NCBI RefSeq assembly: GCF_021869535.1
Contig: NW_026262690.1
Span: forward strand, 71,238,001-71,302,000
Reading direction: 5' to 3'
DNA from: Mytilus californianus
Lineage: Eukaryota
Length of the DNA stretch: 64,000 nucleotides
Below, in pieces: positions 1 to 13,780 of this stretch. Position 1 is the first letter of the stretch; each line of letters starts with the position of its first letter. The position numbers and the translations under genes were made by a program. A model generated the notes under the pieces. That model was not told where the DNA came from. It saw nothing but the letters and a program-made list of their open reading frames with translations, and did no database searches.

Positions 1-523
1 TAACATACATGTACAAAGGATTTTCAGGTCGTATCATTTTATGTTGATAGAAAATGAAAGGATGAGGAGTAAATGTACATGGGACAAAATCGCACACAAA
101 ACATAGAAAACATAGAAAATTATCAATGAACAGGGCTTTTATTCCTGTTCTTCATCTTGACAGTTGATGTAGGGTCTTCAACAATGAACGAATCATTCAT
201 ACCCTACAACAAGGTCAAGACGGCCCCTAGCCTAGACTTAAGCTGTACTATTGATAAAAATAAACCACAGTTCACCTTCATGCTCTGACGAAGAACAATT
301 ATTGTGCTGAAGAATTTGTCTTTCAACCATTAGTATTACATGTTCTTATATTTAACTATCTTCTATCAGAATATGCCAAAATCTTTAAACTTTTATATAA
401 ATATATATTACATTTATTGCTTTATAATACCTCGTGGTTTAGTGCATTTGTTATTCCTTGTCCTAGATAAATGTATGGTTAATTTCAAAGTTATTGAAAA
501 GTTTGTTGAACATTTTTTTTCAG

Positions 524-3500
524 TTCAATTATGGTGAAGATGGTCTTGACATTTGCAAAACTGGTTTCCTAAAACAGAAGCAGTTTCCTTTATTGTTAGA
601 AAACAAACACATCTTAGAAAATAAGCAAAATGGAAACAGGGAAATTGAATTTGACAAGAAAGTAAAAAAATGGCAGAAAAAGGTATGAATGTGGACTGCA
701 AAAATATGGAGGTTTTCAGATATATGTCAGGAGTAATTGGTCCAATGGAAACATTGTTCATAGGAGCATTAAACATTATATATAATAGTATTGGATCAAA
801 TGAAAACATTGTTTATAGGAGCATTAAACATTATATATAATAGTATTGGATCAAATGAAAACATTTTATATATGAGCCTTTGGTGGAATGAAAACATTGT
901 ATATAGTCTATAAAATTGAGAATGGAAATGGGGAATGTGTCAAAGAGACAACAGCCCAAGGACATTAATGGGTCTTCAACACAGTGTGAAAAACCCACAA
1001 CCGGAGGCTGGCTTCAGCTGGCCCCTAAACAAAAATGTGTACTAGTTCAGTGAAAATGGACGTCACACTAAACTCCGAAACATATAAATGAACTAACATT
1101 TGCTTGTTCTAAAGAAAGAGTGGTTTTATATGGGATTTGCACAATTTATAGTTATATTACTTTGCTTAATTTTGGAATCTCTTTGAACAGACTAACTCAT
1201 AGGATTAATGGGTGTAATGTTTAATTTTTCGTTGGATTTAAAATTTAACAGGCCTCCTTTTAATATCAGATATAACCTCATTTGAATTAAAAAAAATAAT
1301 AGAAAACTCTGTGCAATATAATATTCTACTCAGAAAAATTTTCCCAAATCCAATGCAATAACCTTTAAAAACTGTAAAACATTGATTTCAAAAGAATTGA
1401 TAAATTGCAAAAATATAAAGATTTAGCAAATAACTGATTTAACACAAATCTATGATTTTGACAATGCATTTTTTTTTTGTAGCAGTGTTTATTACTTGAT
1501 ATTTTATTACTTGATATAAAGCTATTTTGATATATTTAATTGAAATGGGGAATATTTATATTTTTTCTATTAGATAAGGAAATGGCACAGAAATCATGGG
1601 AATCATAGGGATTCTGGTTTCCTAGAATTCTGTAGAGAAAACAGTGATACCCAAAGTGATGACGTTACAATAGAAAGTAATGGACGTACAAAGAGTGCTC
1701 TTCAGTTGTCTGAGATGTGGAGAAATCTAGACTCCGATGAAAAGGAAAGGTAAATGTTAATTGAACAGTTAATGAAGTAGTGAGCTTTTAACTTTAGGTC
1801 CAATCATCAAAGTTATATGCTTAAAAAAAGAGTTCCCTGGTCTGCATAATCAGTGAGGCTTACACTACATGCTTAAAAAATATTTCAACTCTTATCATCA
1901 TCATTCTTTATCTTTGAAAACATTAAAATCTGTTCATGTTGTATCACCTCCCATATCAGATGGTACACTATAATGCCCTTCATTCACTTCATCTAACTGT
2001 CTCTCTGTTCCTCCATCTTCCATCTGTTTTTGAAAAAATGTTTGGACAATTGTGTCTTAAGACACACAAGTTCATTTTAAACTGTCCATTGTGCACCAGA
2101 TTATTGTTTTAAACAAAAGGAGTTGTGGTGTTAATGGGACAATCCAAAAACACAAGCTATACAAAAATTGTTGAAAAAAACATGTAGACTTATAAAAAGC
2201 TTTTATTTGCTTGAAGTACACATGTACAAAAGTTATGAATATATGTTTTAAGAAATTTCTAAAATTCCTGAAAGCCTTTTGAAACAGAATGTTTTGTCTT
2301 TATGACTTATAGCGAGTTAGTCACCTTTGGTTTTGAATTCAATGTATAAATATATATTTCATGCACTTGAATTATGAAATGCATATACAGTCGAACCTCG
2401 TTATGTGGAAGTCGAAGGGACCGGACCAAAGTATTCGACTCATCTGAGGTTTGACTCATCCGAGGTCGAGTGTGTCATCATAAATTTGGAATGCATGAAA
2501 TACGGTATGAGATCTGTGTAAACTAGATACTTTGAACAGAGTGCCTTTATTCGATATAACACATTATGATTGTGTATTCAATCTCCATATTTTTTGGTGC
2601 TTCATAATGATTAAACACACAAGTACAGATACAAATCATGCACAAGTAAAATCAATAGTATACACTAAGGACTTTCTATACATAGTATAGAAAGTCCCGG
2701 TATATGCACATATTTACAAAGGTCAGTCACTATAAATTATGAAATCACTTGCGGAACGAAACATGTTCTGAACAGTCTCTGATGAGGTTGTCTGCTTTAC
2801 ATAAAATAATTATAAATTATCATTATTGTCTCAATCCTTTTATTCATTGTAATTTATGAATTTTAATCCTAACGATTCATTTAATCTCACTTTGGTCATT
2901 TAAATTCGTTTCATTTTTTATGTCAGGTGAAATATGTTCAACACACTAACTTTCCGCTTGGACAATCAACAAAGGTGTTAATTACCGGTCACCATAAACA
3001 TGTCATTTTTACTGTTATACAAACAAGTATGTTTAATCAGCTTTTATCTTTTTTGAAAATGATTAGGTGACATAAGAAATACATCCGATTTGAATTATAA
3101 TCATTAGATCTGCATATTTTGAAAATTCTTACTTTCCAACTTCAACATCGGGGTCAATTTACATTAATTTGACATAGACAGGACTATAAAGTTTACTCGA
3201 CTTAACCAAGTATTCGAATCAAGCGAGTTCGACTCATCAGAGGTAATTATGCATTTATCAAACGGGAATTTTACCGGGACTAAGAAATTACTCCGACTCA
3301 TCCGATTTTTTTTGTTATTTTACAGATATTGTAATAATAAGGGACCTTGTCCCGATCCTGTTACATCTAAGTATCTACCGTTTGAGAAAAATGGAGTATT
3401 TACAGAAAAGATGGGCAGTTTGATTGAACAATTTGCTCACCAAGAATTGGGACAGGTAATTCAAATAATTTTGTTATTTCAATTATTTAGAATATATTTT

Positions 3501-6500
3501 TATAGAGCTTAGGGTATTTTTTTTATTTTCTTTTCTTTGTTACAAACACTTCATTTTAATGGAATTATTCATTTAATTATGAACTCATGAAAGAGAAATT
3601 GTTCATTAGAAAGAGTTCAAATCAAGTATGAAACAGCCTTCATATTAGAGAAATTCAAGATTGAATTTTTAACTGACATAGTATGTAAATAAACGATACA
3701 CGGGTTACATATTTTTACCCACTAATATGTATATATTTATCATAGCTGCCAGCAGGAAAAGATGTAAAACCAGAAGCGTTCACAAGTTTGTTATACAGCA
3801 AGGTACAGCAAGCTCTGGCACAACCAGGTGAATCTGTAGGATTGTTGTGTTCACAGGTAATTATTGACTGGAAATTCAGAAATTTTTGTAATGGTTTTAA
3901 TATTCCACAAAATCCCACAGGATTAAATTAATTTTAAAAAACTTCCATTATTTGTAAGCAGCAATTTCTGAAATCACATTAATGGATCTCTGTCATCAGA
4001 ACATCAGTCCCAATTATAAATACACGGAAAAATATTTTTCTTAATTTATAGTTCTTTGAAATATACAGCAAATTACATAGGTATGGTAGTGGTAGAAACA
4101 TTTAACGCTACATAAAACCCTAAATCATTTTTGCATGCATTTTTTATGCCCAGCCTACAATGGTTGGGGGGACATATTTTATGCCCCACCTACGATTCGT
4201 AATCAAATATTGATTTTATCTTCTGAAAGCTTTCAAACTAAATTTTGAAGATATAGGTTTAAGAAACATTAGACAATGTCCACAATGCCTAAGAAATATT
4301 AGACAATGTCTACAATACCTAAGAAACATTAGACAATTTCCACTATGCCTAAGAAACATTTGACAATGTCCACAATGCCTAAGAAACATAAGACAATGTC
4401 CACAATGCCTAAGAAACATTAGACAATGTCCACAATGCCTAAGAAACATTAGACAATGTCCACAATGCCTAAGATACATTAGACAATGTCCACAATACCT
4501 AGAAAAATAAATGTGAGAAACTGTTTCTGAAATACTGATGGTGAATAACATTAGATTATGTATCAGATTTGAAACAAAATATCAGTTTCAGTTTTTGAAA
4601 AGCTAAAGATTCTGATTTTGTTTTTATTTATTATACCCCCGCTTTAAAAAAGTGGGGGTATACTGTTTTACCTCTGTCTGTCCGTCCATCCATCCATCCA
4701 TCCATTCATCGGTCAGTCCGTCCATCCGTCCCATGAAAATTTTTCGTCGCATCTTTCTCAGGAACTACATTACAAGGATTTCTGAAATTTGGTTTCAGTG
4801 TTTATATAGGTCAGCTATACTGTGTGATGTGTTTTCAGATTCATCACTCAACAACTTCCTGTTTACTGTCAAGTATTGGGGCTGGGGGTATCATCAGTGA
4901 GCAGTAGCTCGCAGTTTCACTTGTTTTTATATATTTCAGTCAATAGGTGAACCTTCAACTCAGATGACATTGAATACTTTTCATTTTGCTGGTCGTGGTG
5001 AAATGAACGTGACCTTAGGTATTCCTAGATTAAGAGAAATTCTTATGGTAGCCAGTGCAGCTATTAAAACTCCCTCTATGGATATACCTGTATATAACAC
5101 TGAAGAAGCTAGACATGTTGCTAAATATTTACAGATGAAGTTTAATCGAGTATTGTTAAATGAGGTAGGCATGTAAACCATGTTGAGAAATTGAAAATGG
5201 ATCTGGGACCTCTTGTTGAATATGAATAGCATTTCAGGAGATTTATACTGGTTTATTTTTTTATTGAATATAAATTGTTAAAATTAAGGATGTTATACAC
5301 GAGAAAATGATAAAAAAATTCTCACAAAATCATTAGTGTATTGCCAGCTTTACTTTAAACCCTGCAGAGTGGAATAAGTCAAACATGCCATTACAGAAAT
5401 TGTATTAAGCAAATATTTTGTAATCCATTTATACATAATCAGCATACCCTTTTTAGCCAAGGGAAAAAAAAAAATTTTGTCACTTGTTGAAAACGTCCTG
5501 GCAAACACCTGTAGTTTCAAGTCATGTGTGATTGTGTTATTTTTATGGAAATACTGGCTTTCCCTCAGCAAGAAGTATAAAATATTTGTAAAAGATTTAC
5601 AGATTTTGAAATCAGCCAAAATGACAAAATTGACCAATATGAACAGTTGTGTGTGTCTTTAACTGGAAGTAACTGGAAATAGGAAAAATATGTGTAACCA
5701 AAGAGGACAGTGTGTTTTCATATGTTCTTTAGAAAGTGGCTGTTGACATTATTGTTCTATAGAAAACTCACTTCTGAACTTATTTACTTGACAGGTACTA
5801 CAAGACGTAAAAGTGTGTGAATATTTGAAAGTTAAAGGAGTTAGTCAAAGGTATCTATATGATTTACAAATGATTTGGATTTCAGTAGGAGCAACTGCAC
5901 AGATAATATTTAGCCAATTTGTAAATGTACACAAGTACTAGGAATGTCAATAAAGGGATACATAAAAAGGAAGTTATATAATTTTTTTTTTCACCTGTAC
6001 ACATTGTGTGAATATACATATAAATCAGACAAAAGTTGAGGTTCTCAGTATGGAGTAGAAGCTCTATAATTTTATTTGAATACATCAAAGATTTTCTTTA
6101 TATCTTGAGAAACAGGTGATAACCATTATACATTGTACTGTAAATTCAGAAATTATTGCTTGCATTTATTATTGTGATTTCCACTTGAAAGACCAAAATG
6201 TGTGATCAATTATTGGGATTGGAAGAAGACTGCATATCGCGAGTTCTTATTATTGGGATACTCACCAAGTCGCATTATTCACAATAATAAAAACCTTACA
6301 ATAATTTCTGAATTTACAGTATTCAAGAAATATTTTTTGATGATTTCTTTTACCTATTTTGAATTCACTTTACTTCATTTTGTTTAACTCAGCATTTCTT
6401 ATTTTCATCTTTATTTCAGTCACAGAAGTAGAGTATTTAGAGTAAAGTTTAACTTCTTGCCAGCAGCGAACTATAAGAATAAATTGTGTGTCAGACCAAA

Positions 6501-9500
6501 AAATATTTTACATTACATGGAGACTGTGTACATCAAACATCTCATTGCACTGATCAAGAAAAAGATCAAGGAATTGAAAGATGGCAGGTAAAGATACTTA
6601 AAATCATGTGTTTTTATATGATCACCAATTCTATCCTTCTTGATTTTTTTCAGCAAAAGATTGAGAGATCTTTCTTGGCACTGAAGTCATGTATGAAAAT
6701 AAAAAAAAACATTGATGTTGTCTAATGCAAAAGTTGACCAGAAATTAAAGAAATATGCAGAATTTACAATATATTGCATGAATTTCAAGCAGTCATATGA
6801 ATATATTCTTGAATATTCTTGCCAATTTTTTGTTCGTCATTTTGAAGAGTCAAGGAACACACAGTCATTTTTAGTAGTTTGCTAAAATAAATATTTTCAG
6901 TTATCCAGTGAAGATTAAGAGATTACTGTTGCCATTTTTTCTTCTCTACCATTTAGAGTTGACTCAAAGGAAAATAAAGAAACAGGTGGAAAGTGTAAAA
7001 ATAATTGATCAGCTCTGATATTCGAACTCATCTGCATATTTATATACCCAACATAGTCCAAAGGATGCCTCTCAGTAAGAGTTGCTGTATGTGCTTATTT
7101 ATGTGACAGGTGGTAAATATTTAATAAATTTTGAAACTCATATAGTTTATGTTGCACTATGTTTATTTGAAATTTTATTTAGGCTGATGAGTACAGGGAC
7201 AATAGCTCAGAGACCACAGAGGGTTTATCATGATGCTACTCAGGCTCAGCAGGAAGATTTATCTGATGTGGAGGAGGATGATGGGGATGCTGTTGCTGTG
7301 AAGGAGAGAGGAAGGATGGAAGAGGAAAAGGAATATGAGGATGGAGAGGAGGGAGAAGATGAAGAAAATAAAACACAAGCAGAGGAGATTGATGGTAATA
7401 AGAGTTGTTATTGTTAACAATACTGTTGACAACATTGTTGTGGGTACTGGATTGCAGTAAAAGGCCACTTTTGTATAATTCCAGAAAAGAGTAGTCATAT
7501 TGTGAGTTCTACCAAAGGCTAAATTTGTGAATTCAACCCAATTCTTCCTTCTTTCCAGTTGAAGACTACAGTTCGTTGTCCATTTTTTTCTCCATTCTTA
7601 TGCGATTTTTGGACAAGTTTAAAATATTGTTGAACTTTTTCATGTAGTGGTTTCCCAATTTATTTCATAAAACATCCTGCTAAACCAGTATTTATGAAAT
7701 AGGATGGTTTTTTTCTAGAAACTATATATAACATCACATCGATCACAAAGTCTAGAAAATCATTCAGGATTGTTTCTTATTTCCGTGATGCTAAAATGCC
7801 CTAGAGAGACCATTGATGCATGAAACAACATTGGATTACTGTAAAATTGGGAACTTAAACAGAGATCAACCCATTGACAAGGAAAGTTCCATAATAGAAC
7901 AGGTTTTGCAGATGAAATCCTGAAATTGTAGCTCAGCAAAAATAAACCACTTACCAATATTCACAAATTTTTTTGAATTTTAGATTCAAGTTTCTTTTCC
8001 ATTGAAAGGCAGGCAGGATCTTATTTATATTCTGATACTTATTTACTTACTTTGTACTATTACAGACCCAGAGGGAGAAGCAGAAGTAGTAGAAATGGAA
8101 GGAACACCGGATGATCTTGAAGAAGAGGAAATGGAAGATGGAATTACAAGTACAATGAAGGTTGAGAAAAAGAAAACTGAAGTTAGAATTAATGTGAGTG
8201 TTCTGAAGTCCAAGTTAAGTATCGTAAAATAACAACATCCAATACAAAGAAGATAATAACTTATAGAAGATTGTATGTTTACACTGTAGAACTTGAACCA
8301 ACTGTAACAAGATTTAGAATAACAAAATTTGTTATTTGGACTTTTTTTTATTTTGAGTGAATTGAAGTAGGCTTGTACTTAAATAGTTAAAAAAAATAAA
8401 CATTTTAAAATACTTTTATAGTTATGAATCAAGACAGATGAGTACCAACTTTTTATTAGTTAATATGAAGGTAACATTCTTCTCTTAACACATGGCCCAT
8501 CTGGTAATATTTTTAATGTTACCCTCTCATATTAACCAATTACTATAGAATGTCAATGAGACAGCAATTCAATAACTGGTTAAATGTCACTGATGTTAAT
8601 ATGCATCCAAAATTAGACTTACAAGTTATTTAATAATATGGAAGATGCTTAAATTCAAAATCCAGTATTAATCAATGTCCTCCTTCTCAATCCTAACATA
8701 TTTTCTTTATCACAGGGCTGTTTATCCATGGCTATCTTTGTCATTATCTCGCTTTTAAATACAAGCACACCATAAATGCATACATTTATATGTAGATGAC
8801 CTATTAAGTGTGACACTGTTACAGCCAAATATCATCTATGTCTGTATCATATATGTATATTCCAGAGTGTGTTACAGTTAAGTGCACAAGTAAAAGATTA
8901 CAAATTTGATACTAAAAAAGAGGAATGGTGTGAAATAACTTTACAGGTATATATCTTAGAATATGGATACAATGTAAACGAGACAAAAACCCAACATCAA
9001 AATCTTACTCAAAGGACATATAGGATCATTAATGAAATTCATAGGCCCAAGCAATAAAGGCATGCTATACATATTTATGGTATTAATAAGATGTTAATGA
9101 ATAGAGAAAACAAACAATTTATACTAATTTTTTTGTACATAAAAAACTTTCAAAATAGAATCCCGACTATCTGAATACAAATTGTTTTGTTGTAAAAATA
9201 CTTATAAAGCACTGTTACTGGAAAAGAGGACAATACATTTTGATATTTGATTCGTAGTGATTTGATAACGAGGGGGGTTATTTTTGGGAGGGTTGTCTTT
9301 AATATGCAAATTGCAAACATTAAACAGTAATAAATCATTAAGAACGAGAGTATCACATAATTGTATATTTTTACAGTTTAATATATTGGACAGTAAGATA
9401 GATTTACCATCATTGATTGACCTTGACATTAGAAAAGCAGTGGTCCATGAAGTACCAGGTGTCACAAGGTGTTTCCTGTCCACTCAGAAAAATGGAGAAG

Positions 9501-12448
9501 TTCATCTCAAAACAGAAGGAATAAATATCTTGGTAACTTTTCTATTTTATGGGAATGCACAAAGTGCATAAGCAGTTTACAATTTGTTGATGTTAGGGGT
9601 GTGGGCTGGGTAAAGTTTGATTTTTTTTTTAAATTCTGTATTATACTGATAAATGTACTCACTTTTTAGTCAACATTACACTTTTACACTAACAGCAGCA
9701 ATTGCAGGCGAGACACAGGGTTCTGTGGAACCCTTTACAAATTTTTATATTGCTTGTGACAAATATTTTAGACTAAAACATGTTTAATATTTGATCTTTA
9801 TCAACACCTAAATTTTGTTTGCGGATTTTTTGATTGTTTACATAGTTGGCCATAGATATTTGGGATGCTGTTGAATTCATATACATGTACTTATCGCACT
9901 TTGGGTAAATTATGACGTTGTGATTGGTTAAACGCTGTCACGTGGAGACCCCCTATGGATCCGTATGGGGTCAGTAGATTTCATATGGGGTTCATGACGT
10001 CACAGCTTCTATTAATGGTGACGTCATTTATTAATGTTTTTAGTTCACCGTTCCTTTGGAACAGTGAGCTTTTGCCATCACTTGGCGTCCGTCGTCGTCC
10101 GTCCGGTGTAAACTATTTTAAACATCTTCTTCTCTGAAACTACTGAACCAATTCCAACCAAACTTAAGCTGAATGATCCTTAGGGTATCTAGAATAAAGT
10201 TTGTGTTTGTTTTCTGTTTCCTCAGAAAACATGGCCACCATGACTAAAAATAGAACATAGGATAAAATGCAGTTTTTGACATATCTCAAAAACTAAAGCA
10301 TTTAGAGCAAATCAGACAAGAAGTTAAAGTATTCATTAGGTCAAGGTCTACCTGCCCTGAAATTATCAGCCAAATTGGGTATCTAATTTTTAGGTTATTG
10401 CCCCTGAATTGATGATTTTAAGGAAATTTTGCAGTTTTCGGTAATTATCTTGAATATTATTATAGATAAAGATAAACTGTAAACAGCAAAAATGTTCAGC
10501 AAAGTAAGATCTACAAATAGGGTTTTTATATGACCAAAATTGTCAATTGACCCCTTAAGGAGTTATTGTCCTTTAAAGACAATTTTTCACAATTTGTTCA
10601 TCTAATCTAGTTTGCTTACTTTAAAAAATCTTTTCCTTTGAAACTGCTGAATCAATTTCAGCCAAACTTGGGCTGAATGAGTTTCAGAGTATCTTGTATA
10701 AATTTTGTGTTTTATTTCCTTATACGTCAAGAAACATAGCCACTATGGCTAAAATGGAACATAGGGGTAAAATGCATTTTTTTGCTTTTGAAGAAAATAT
10801 GAGATACACAGAACATTTAAATGGCATTTTAAGCCACTCATTAATATATATTGAAAAGCAAAAATAATCATTGATGAAAGATTTAAGCAAAAAACTACAG
10901 GTGAGCGATTCAGACTCTTGAGAGCCTCTTGTTGTATTTCATTGTTTATTTTTATACAAAACTCGGCAGGAAAAGTCCCATGTGTGATAAATTCTTTATA
11001 CAGTTCACTACTGACCCCGTACAGATCCATAGAGGGTTAGTAAAATCCATAGGGGGTGAGGCAGAGCCGAAGGCCTCACCCCTTATGGATTTTACTAACC
11101 CTCTATGGATCTGTAGGGGGTCAGTAGCAAACCATATTAATTAAACTTATAATGTATATCTTTGCAGAATTTTCAACCCCAGTAACTGATTTTTGTAACT
11201 TTGTATTTTATTCACTATAAAAATGCTTACTTTTCTGAACAGTTTTGTAACAAGAACTACCTATAATAGACCATTTCTATTTGGTATTCTAATTCCATGA
11301 TTAGTATTCATGTTTCTTAAATGTATTCTTTCAAATCTAATGTTAAATTCCAAGGGTAAATAAAATATGCTGAATTATATTTGTTTGCACTTTATCACCT
11401 CACAATTGAATACTATTATTGTAGGAGGTGTACAAATATTCAGACTTCCTGGATATATCCCGTTTATACAGTAATGATATCCATGCTATGGCAGAGAGAT
11501 ATGGTATAGAAGCGGCTGGCAGAGTTATCATTAAGGTAATATCATGAGTTTGTTTTTAATATGCCTACTTAAATGTATGTAATCAGGGTATATTGTGATT
11601 GTTGTGTCTGCACTTTTGTTCATACATCCCAACTCCTATTTCCTAACCTTCTTAACAAGTGAAGGATTTTAATGAAATGTTTGAGGTACCTCATGCAGTA
11701 TGAAGCGTTTGATCTTTTGATTCAGATGAAATTTGGGGAAGGAAATCGGAATTATAAACTTTGCAAAATATATGCAATAGGGGAAATGGGAGTATTAACT
11801 GTGAGTAATGCTTACATTTTTTTTTCTAATTTTGAAGAATAAAAACAAAAATCATCAGATGTATGTTCAGCAATTAATTGAAGTCTTTCCTGAAGTTATG
11901 TTTAATTTCTAAATGGTTAACATTAAATGTTTGAAAAAAAAAACATTGATGTCAAAACTGACTTGTCATTTTGAGTCAACTACTATGTAGAGTATTGTTT
12001 CCTATGTAAGATATATAACGAAATCATGAGAAAAAAACTATCTGCCCATCAGTTTATAATAAAATCCTGGACATGGGACATGGGGAAACAGACAAATTTA
12101 TAATTTTGAGCTAATTTAGATTTATTTTTAATGTTATTATACTTTTTACAGGAAGTACAGAATGTATTTGGTGCTTATGGTATTGATGTAGACTACCGCC
12201 ATCTTTCTTTGTTAGCAGACTACATGACATTTGAAGGATCTTACAAACCATTCAATAGAGTTGCTATGGAAACATGTTCTTCACCTTTACAACAAATGAG
12301 TTTTGAAACAACAATGCACTTTCTAGTGAATGCTAGTATCCATGGAAGTCATGATTCTTTAAAATCGCCGTCTGCTCAGTTAGTGACAGGAAAACTTGTA
12401 ACATGTGGTTCTGGATCATTTGAATTGATGAACAGAATAACTGTTTGA
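524..12448 (+). CDS. POLR1A: DNA-directed RNA polymerase I largest subunit (RPA1/A190), 3' portion; 5' exons lie upstream of the window
   Basis: 13 GT-AG exons joining in phase: 524-682, 1574-1749, 3326-3455, 3746-3856, 4940-5164, 5795-5850, 6420-6587, 7183-7394, 8066-8193, 8866-8946, 9377-9532, 11425-11535, 12152-12448 (2010 nt, 669 aa + TGA). Motifs: FNYGEDGLD; [47 protein letters not shown] (trigger loop, Pol I type); acidic Pol I-specific insert; YGIEAA; [16 protein letters not shown]...[11 protein letters not shown]...SPSAQLVTG. Confidence 0.97.
748..900. repeat. ~55-bp tandem repeat, about 2.5 copies, in a POLR1A intron
   Basis: GAAAACATTGTTTATAGGAGCATTAAACATTATATATAATAGTATTGGATCAAAT-type unit starting at 748, 802 and 857. 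Confidence 0.85.
2388..3305. mobile_element. non-autonomous Tc1/mariner (pogo/Tigger-like) MITE with truncated right TIR
   Basis: TA-CAGTCGAACCTCG left end; repeated subterminal TTCGACTCATC motifs near both ends; the right side stops about 20 nt before the POLR1A acceptor at 3325. Confidence 0.6.
4261..4500. repeat. 30-bp minisatellite, 8 copies, in a POLR1A intron
   Basis: AAGAAACATTAGACAATGTCCACAATGCCT repeated with an exact 30-nt period. Confidence 0.95.
4630..4925 (+). mobile_element. short Helentron-associated (HINE/DINE-1-like) element
   Basis: 5' TTATACCCCCGC...GGGGGTATAC palindrome, (GTCC/ATCC)n microsatellite, 3' GGGGGTATC plus small hairpin GTGAGC-AGTA-GCTCGC ending in a T-run. 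Confidence 0.6.
6138..6319. mobile_element. 182-bp MITE with 21-bp perfect TIRs and TA target-site duplication
   Basis: TA-CTGTAAATTCAGAAATTATTG...CAATAATTTCTGAATTTACAG-TA; a related, inverted and more decayed copy lies at about 61140-61350. Confidence 0.85.
10037..10933 (+). mobile_element. HINE-type non-autonomous Helentron inserted into another repeat
   Basis: Starts TTTTTAGTTCACC...GTGAGCTTTTGCCATCACTTGGCGTCCGTCGTC and ends CAGGTGAGCGATTCAGACTCTTGAGAGCCTCTTGTT (terminal hairpin); termini match those of the inverted element at 14078-15614. Confidence 0.7.
11008..11127. repeat. 120-bp near-perfect inverted repeat (55-bp arms, 10-nt loop)
   Basis: Arms 11008-11062 and 11073-11127 are reverse complements with 2 differences; a partial third arm copy lies at about 9952-9977. 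Confidence 0.92.
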
Positions 12449-12456
12449 CAGATTTT

Positions 12457-12462
12457 AATAAA
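12457..12462 (+). terminator. polyadenylation signal AATAAA of POLR1A
   Basis: AATAAA 9 nt after the POLR1A stop codon. Confidence 0.6.
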
Positions 12463-13569
12463 GAGAAATCGTTTACATTTTGTTCCTGTATTCTGGCAAT
12501 TATTTATTGTACATGTACCTCCATCAAATGCATATAGTGGATAATCAGTATTTCATATTTTTATGCCACCACCACTGGGTGGCAGGAATAATTTTAGAAT
12601 ATAACACTTGTTATTCCTTCAAACTTCAGAAGTCCAACATTTGTCAAGGATTTTTTTCAATTTAAATGAAGAGATATTTTGGTTCATTAGTTTGTAAGAA
12701 TGAGTTACAGTTCAAGTTGGTGTTTTGTTCAGTATTACTAAGATTTATGGAGTCTTACCATCATCCCATAGGCTAGGCATTCTGGTCATCCTGACACCTA
12801 TGTTTTATTTCATGTTGAAGGGAAGGCAAGATTTGGTGTCTGTAGAGTAAAAATTTAATGTCATGAGAGTTGTTAGGTTCTATCTCTAATTTGAATAAAA
12901 CATAAAAAGGTTTACTCCTATGTCTACCAAAATGCAAACTGTTCTCTCATAGGTGCAGTGTATTCCATAATCAATACTAGTTGCTTGTATAACATGGTTG
13001 TTTCTTGTGAATTATTTTTGTATTGCTTGATGGCGGAAGATGGCCTGTTATCATATGATGTAATCTGTTAGTTACTACTTAGGAAGTCCTTTTGACTAAT
13101 TAGATAAGCATCAATTGGATAGCAACCTAACATCAAAGGTCAACATATGAGTCTTTGAAAGTTATCAATAAATTTAACTGAGACCATCAAAGATCTGACA
13201 TTAATACCCAATCATTACTGATCATGATTGATTTTATATTGAAAGTCTTTAAGATAATGGTTTTTCTACAAATGTCACATAAACTCAACATTATAAATGA
13301 TGCACGTAAATGAGGTCAAGGTCAGACGAACCCTGCCCGACGGACATGTTCACATATAATCATGCTATAACCCACATATAGTTAACCTATTGCGAATGGT
13401 ATTTTAGAAACATTCAATCACGAAAACTTTAATAACACTTAACTTTGAACAATGAACCAAGAAAATGAGGTCAAGGTCAGATTAACCCTGCCTCACAGAT
13501 ATGTACAGCTTACAGTCATTCTATACATTATATATAGTAGATTATACCTTATTGTATCTGAGAAATAGA

Positions 13570-13780
13570 TTTTTATTTTTTTTTTTTTTTTGGTGTTTTA
13601 ACGCCACTTTTAAGCACTGCTTTTGGGCGATTTCGTGGCGGCCAGTTTTTATTGGTGGAGGAAGCCGGATTGCCCGGAGAAAACCACGGACCTTCGATAG
13701 GAAAACTGACAATCCTAGTCAATTAAGATTGGAGTCGAAGGCACCCGATAGAGTGGGGTTCAAACTCACAACCTCAGTGT
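13570..13780 (-). mobile_element. 5'-truncated tRNA-derived SINE of V-SINE type with poly(A) tail and 13-bp TSD
   Basis: Minus strand: B-box-like GAGTTTGAACCC, V-domain-like GTGGTTTTCTCCGGGCAATCCGGCTTCCTCCACCAATAAAA, poly(A); flanked by the direct repeat TCTGAGAAATAGA (13557-13569 and 13781-13793). Confidence 0.8.

Noticed and set aside
2440-3245. CTGATGAG/CTCATCAG motifs in the Tc1-like MITE (also at about 33745 and 49165) as hammerhead cores
   Set aside because: No stem II-GAAA-stem III-NUH arrangement follows; they are transposon subterminal motifs or chance matches.
4216-4551. 111-aa minus-strand ORF with ([10 protein letters not shown])n, resembling a metal-binding CxxC repeat protein
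   Set aside because: It is the translation of the 30-bp intronic minisatellite, antisense to POLR1A, with no splice or promoter support; stop-free frames arise easily in short-period repeats.
5851-6419. POLR1A intron starting GTATCT as a possible U12-type intron
   Set aside because: The donor departs from GTATCCTT and no TCCTTAAC-type branch site precedes the acceptor.
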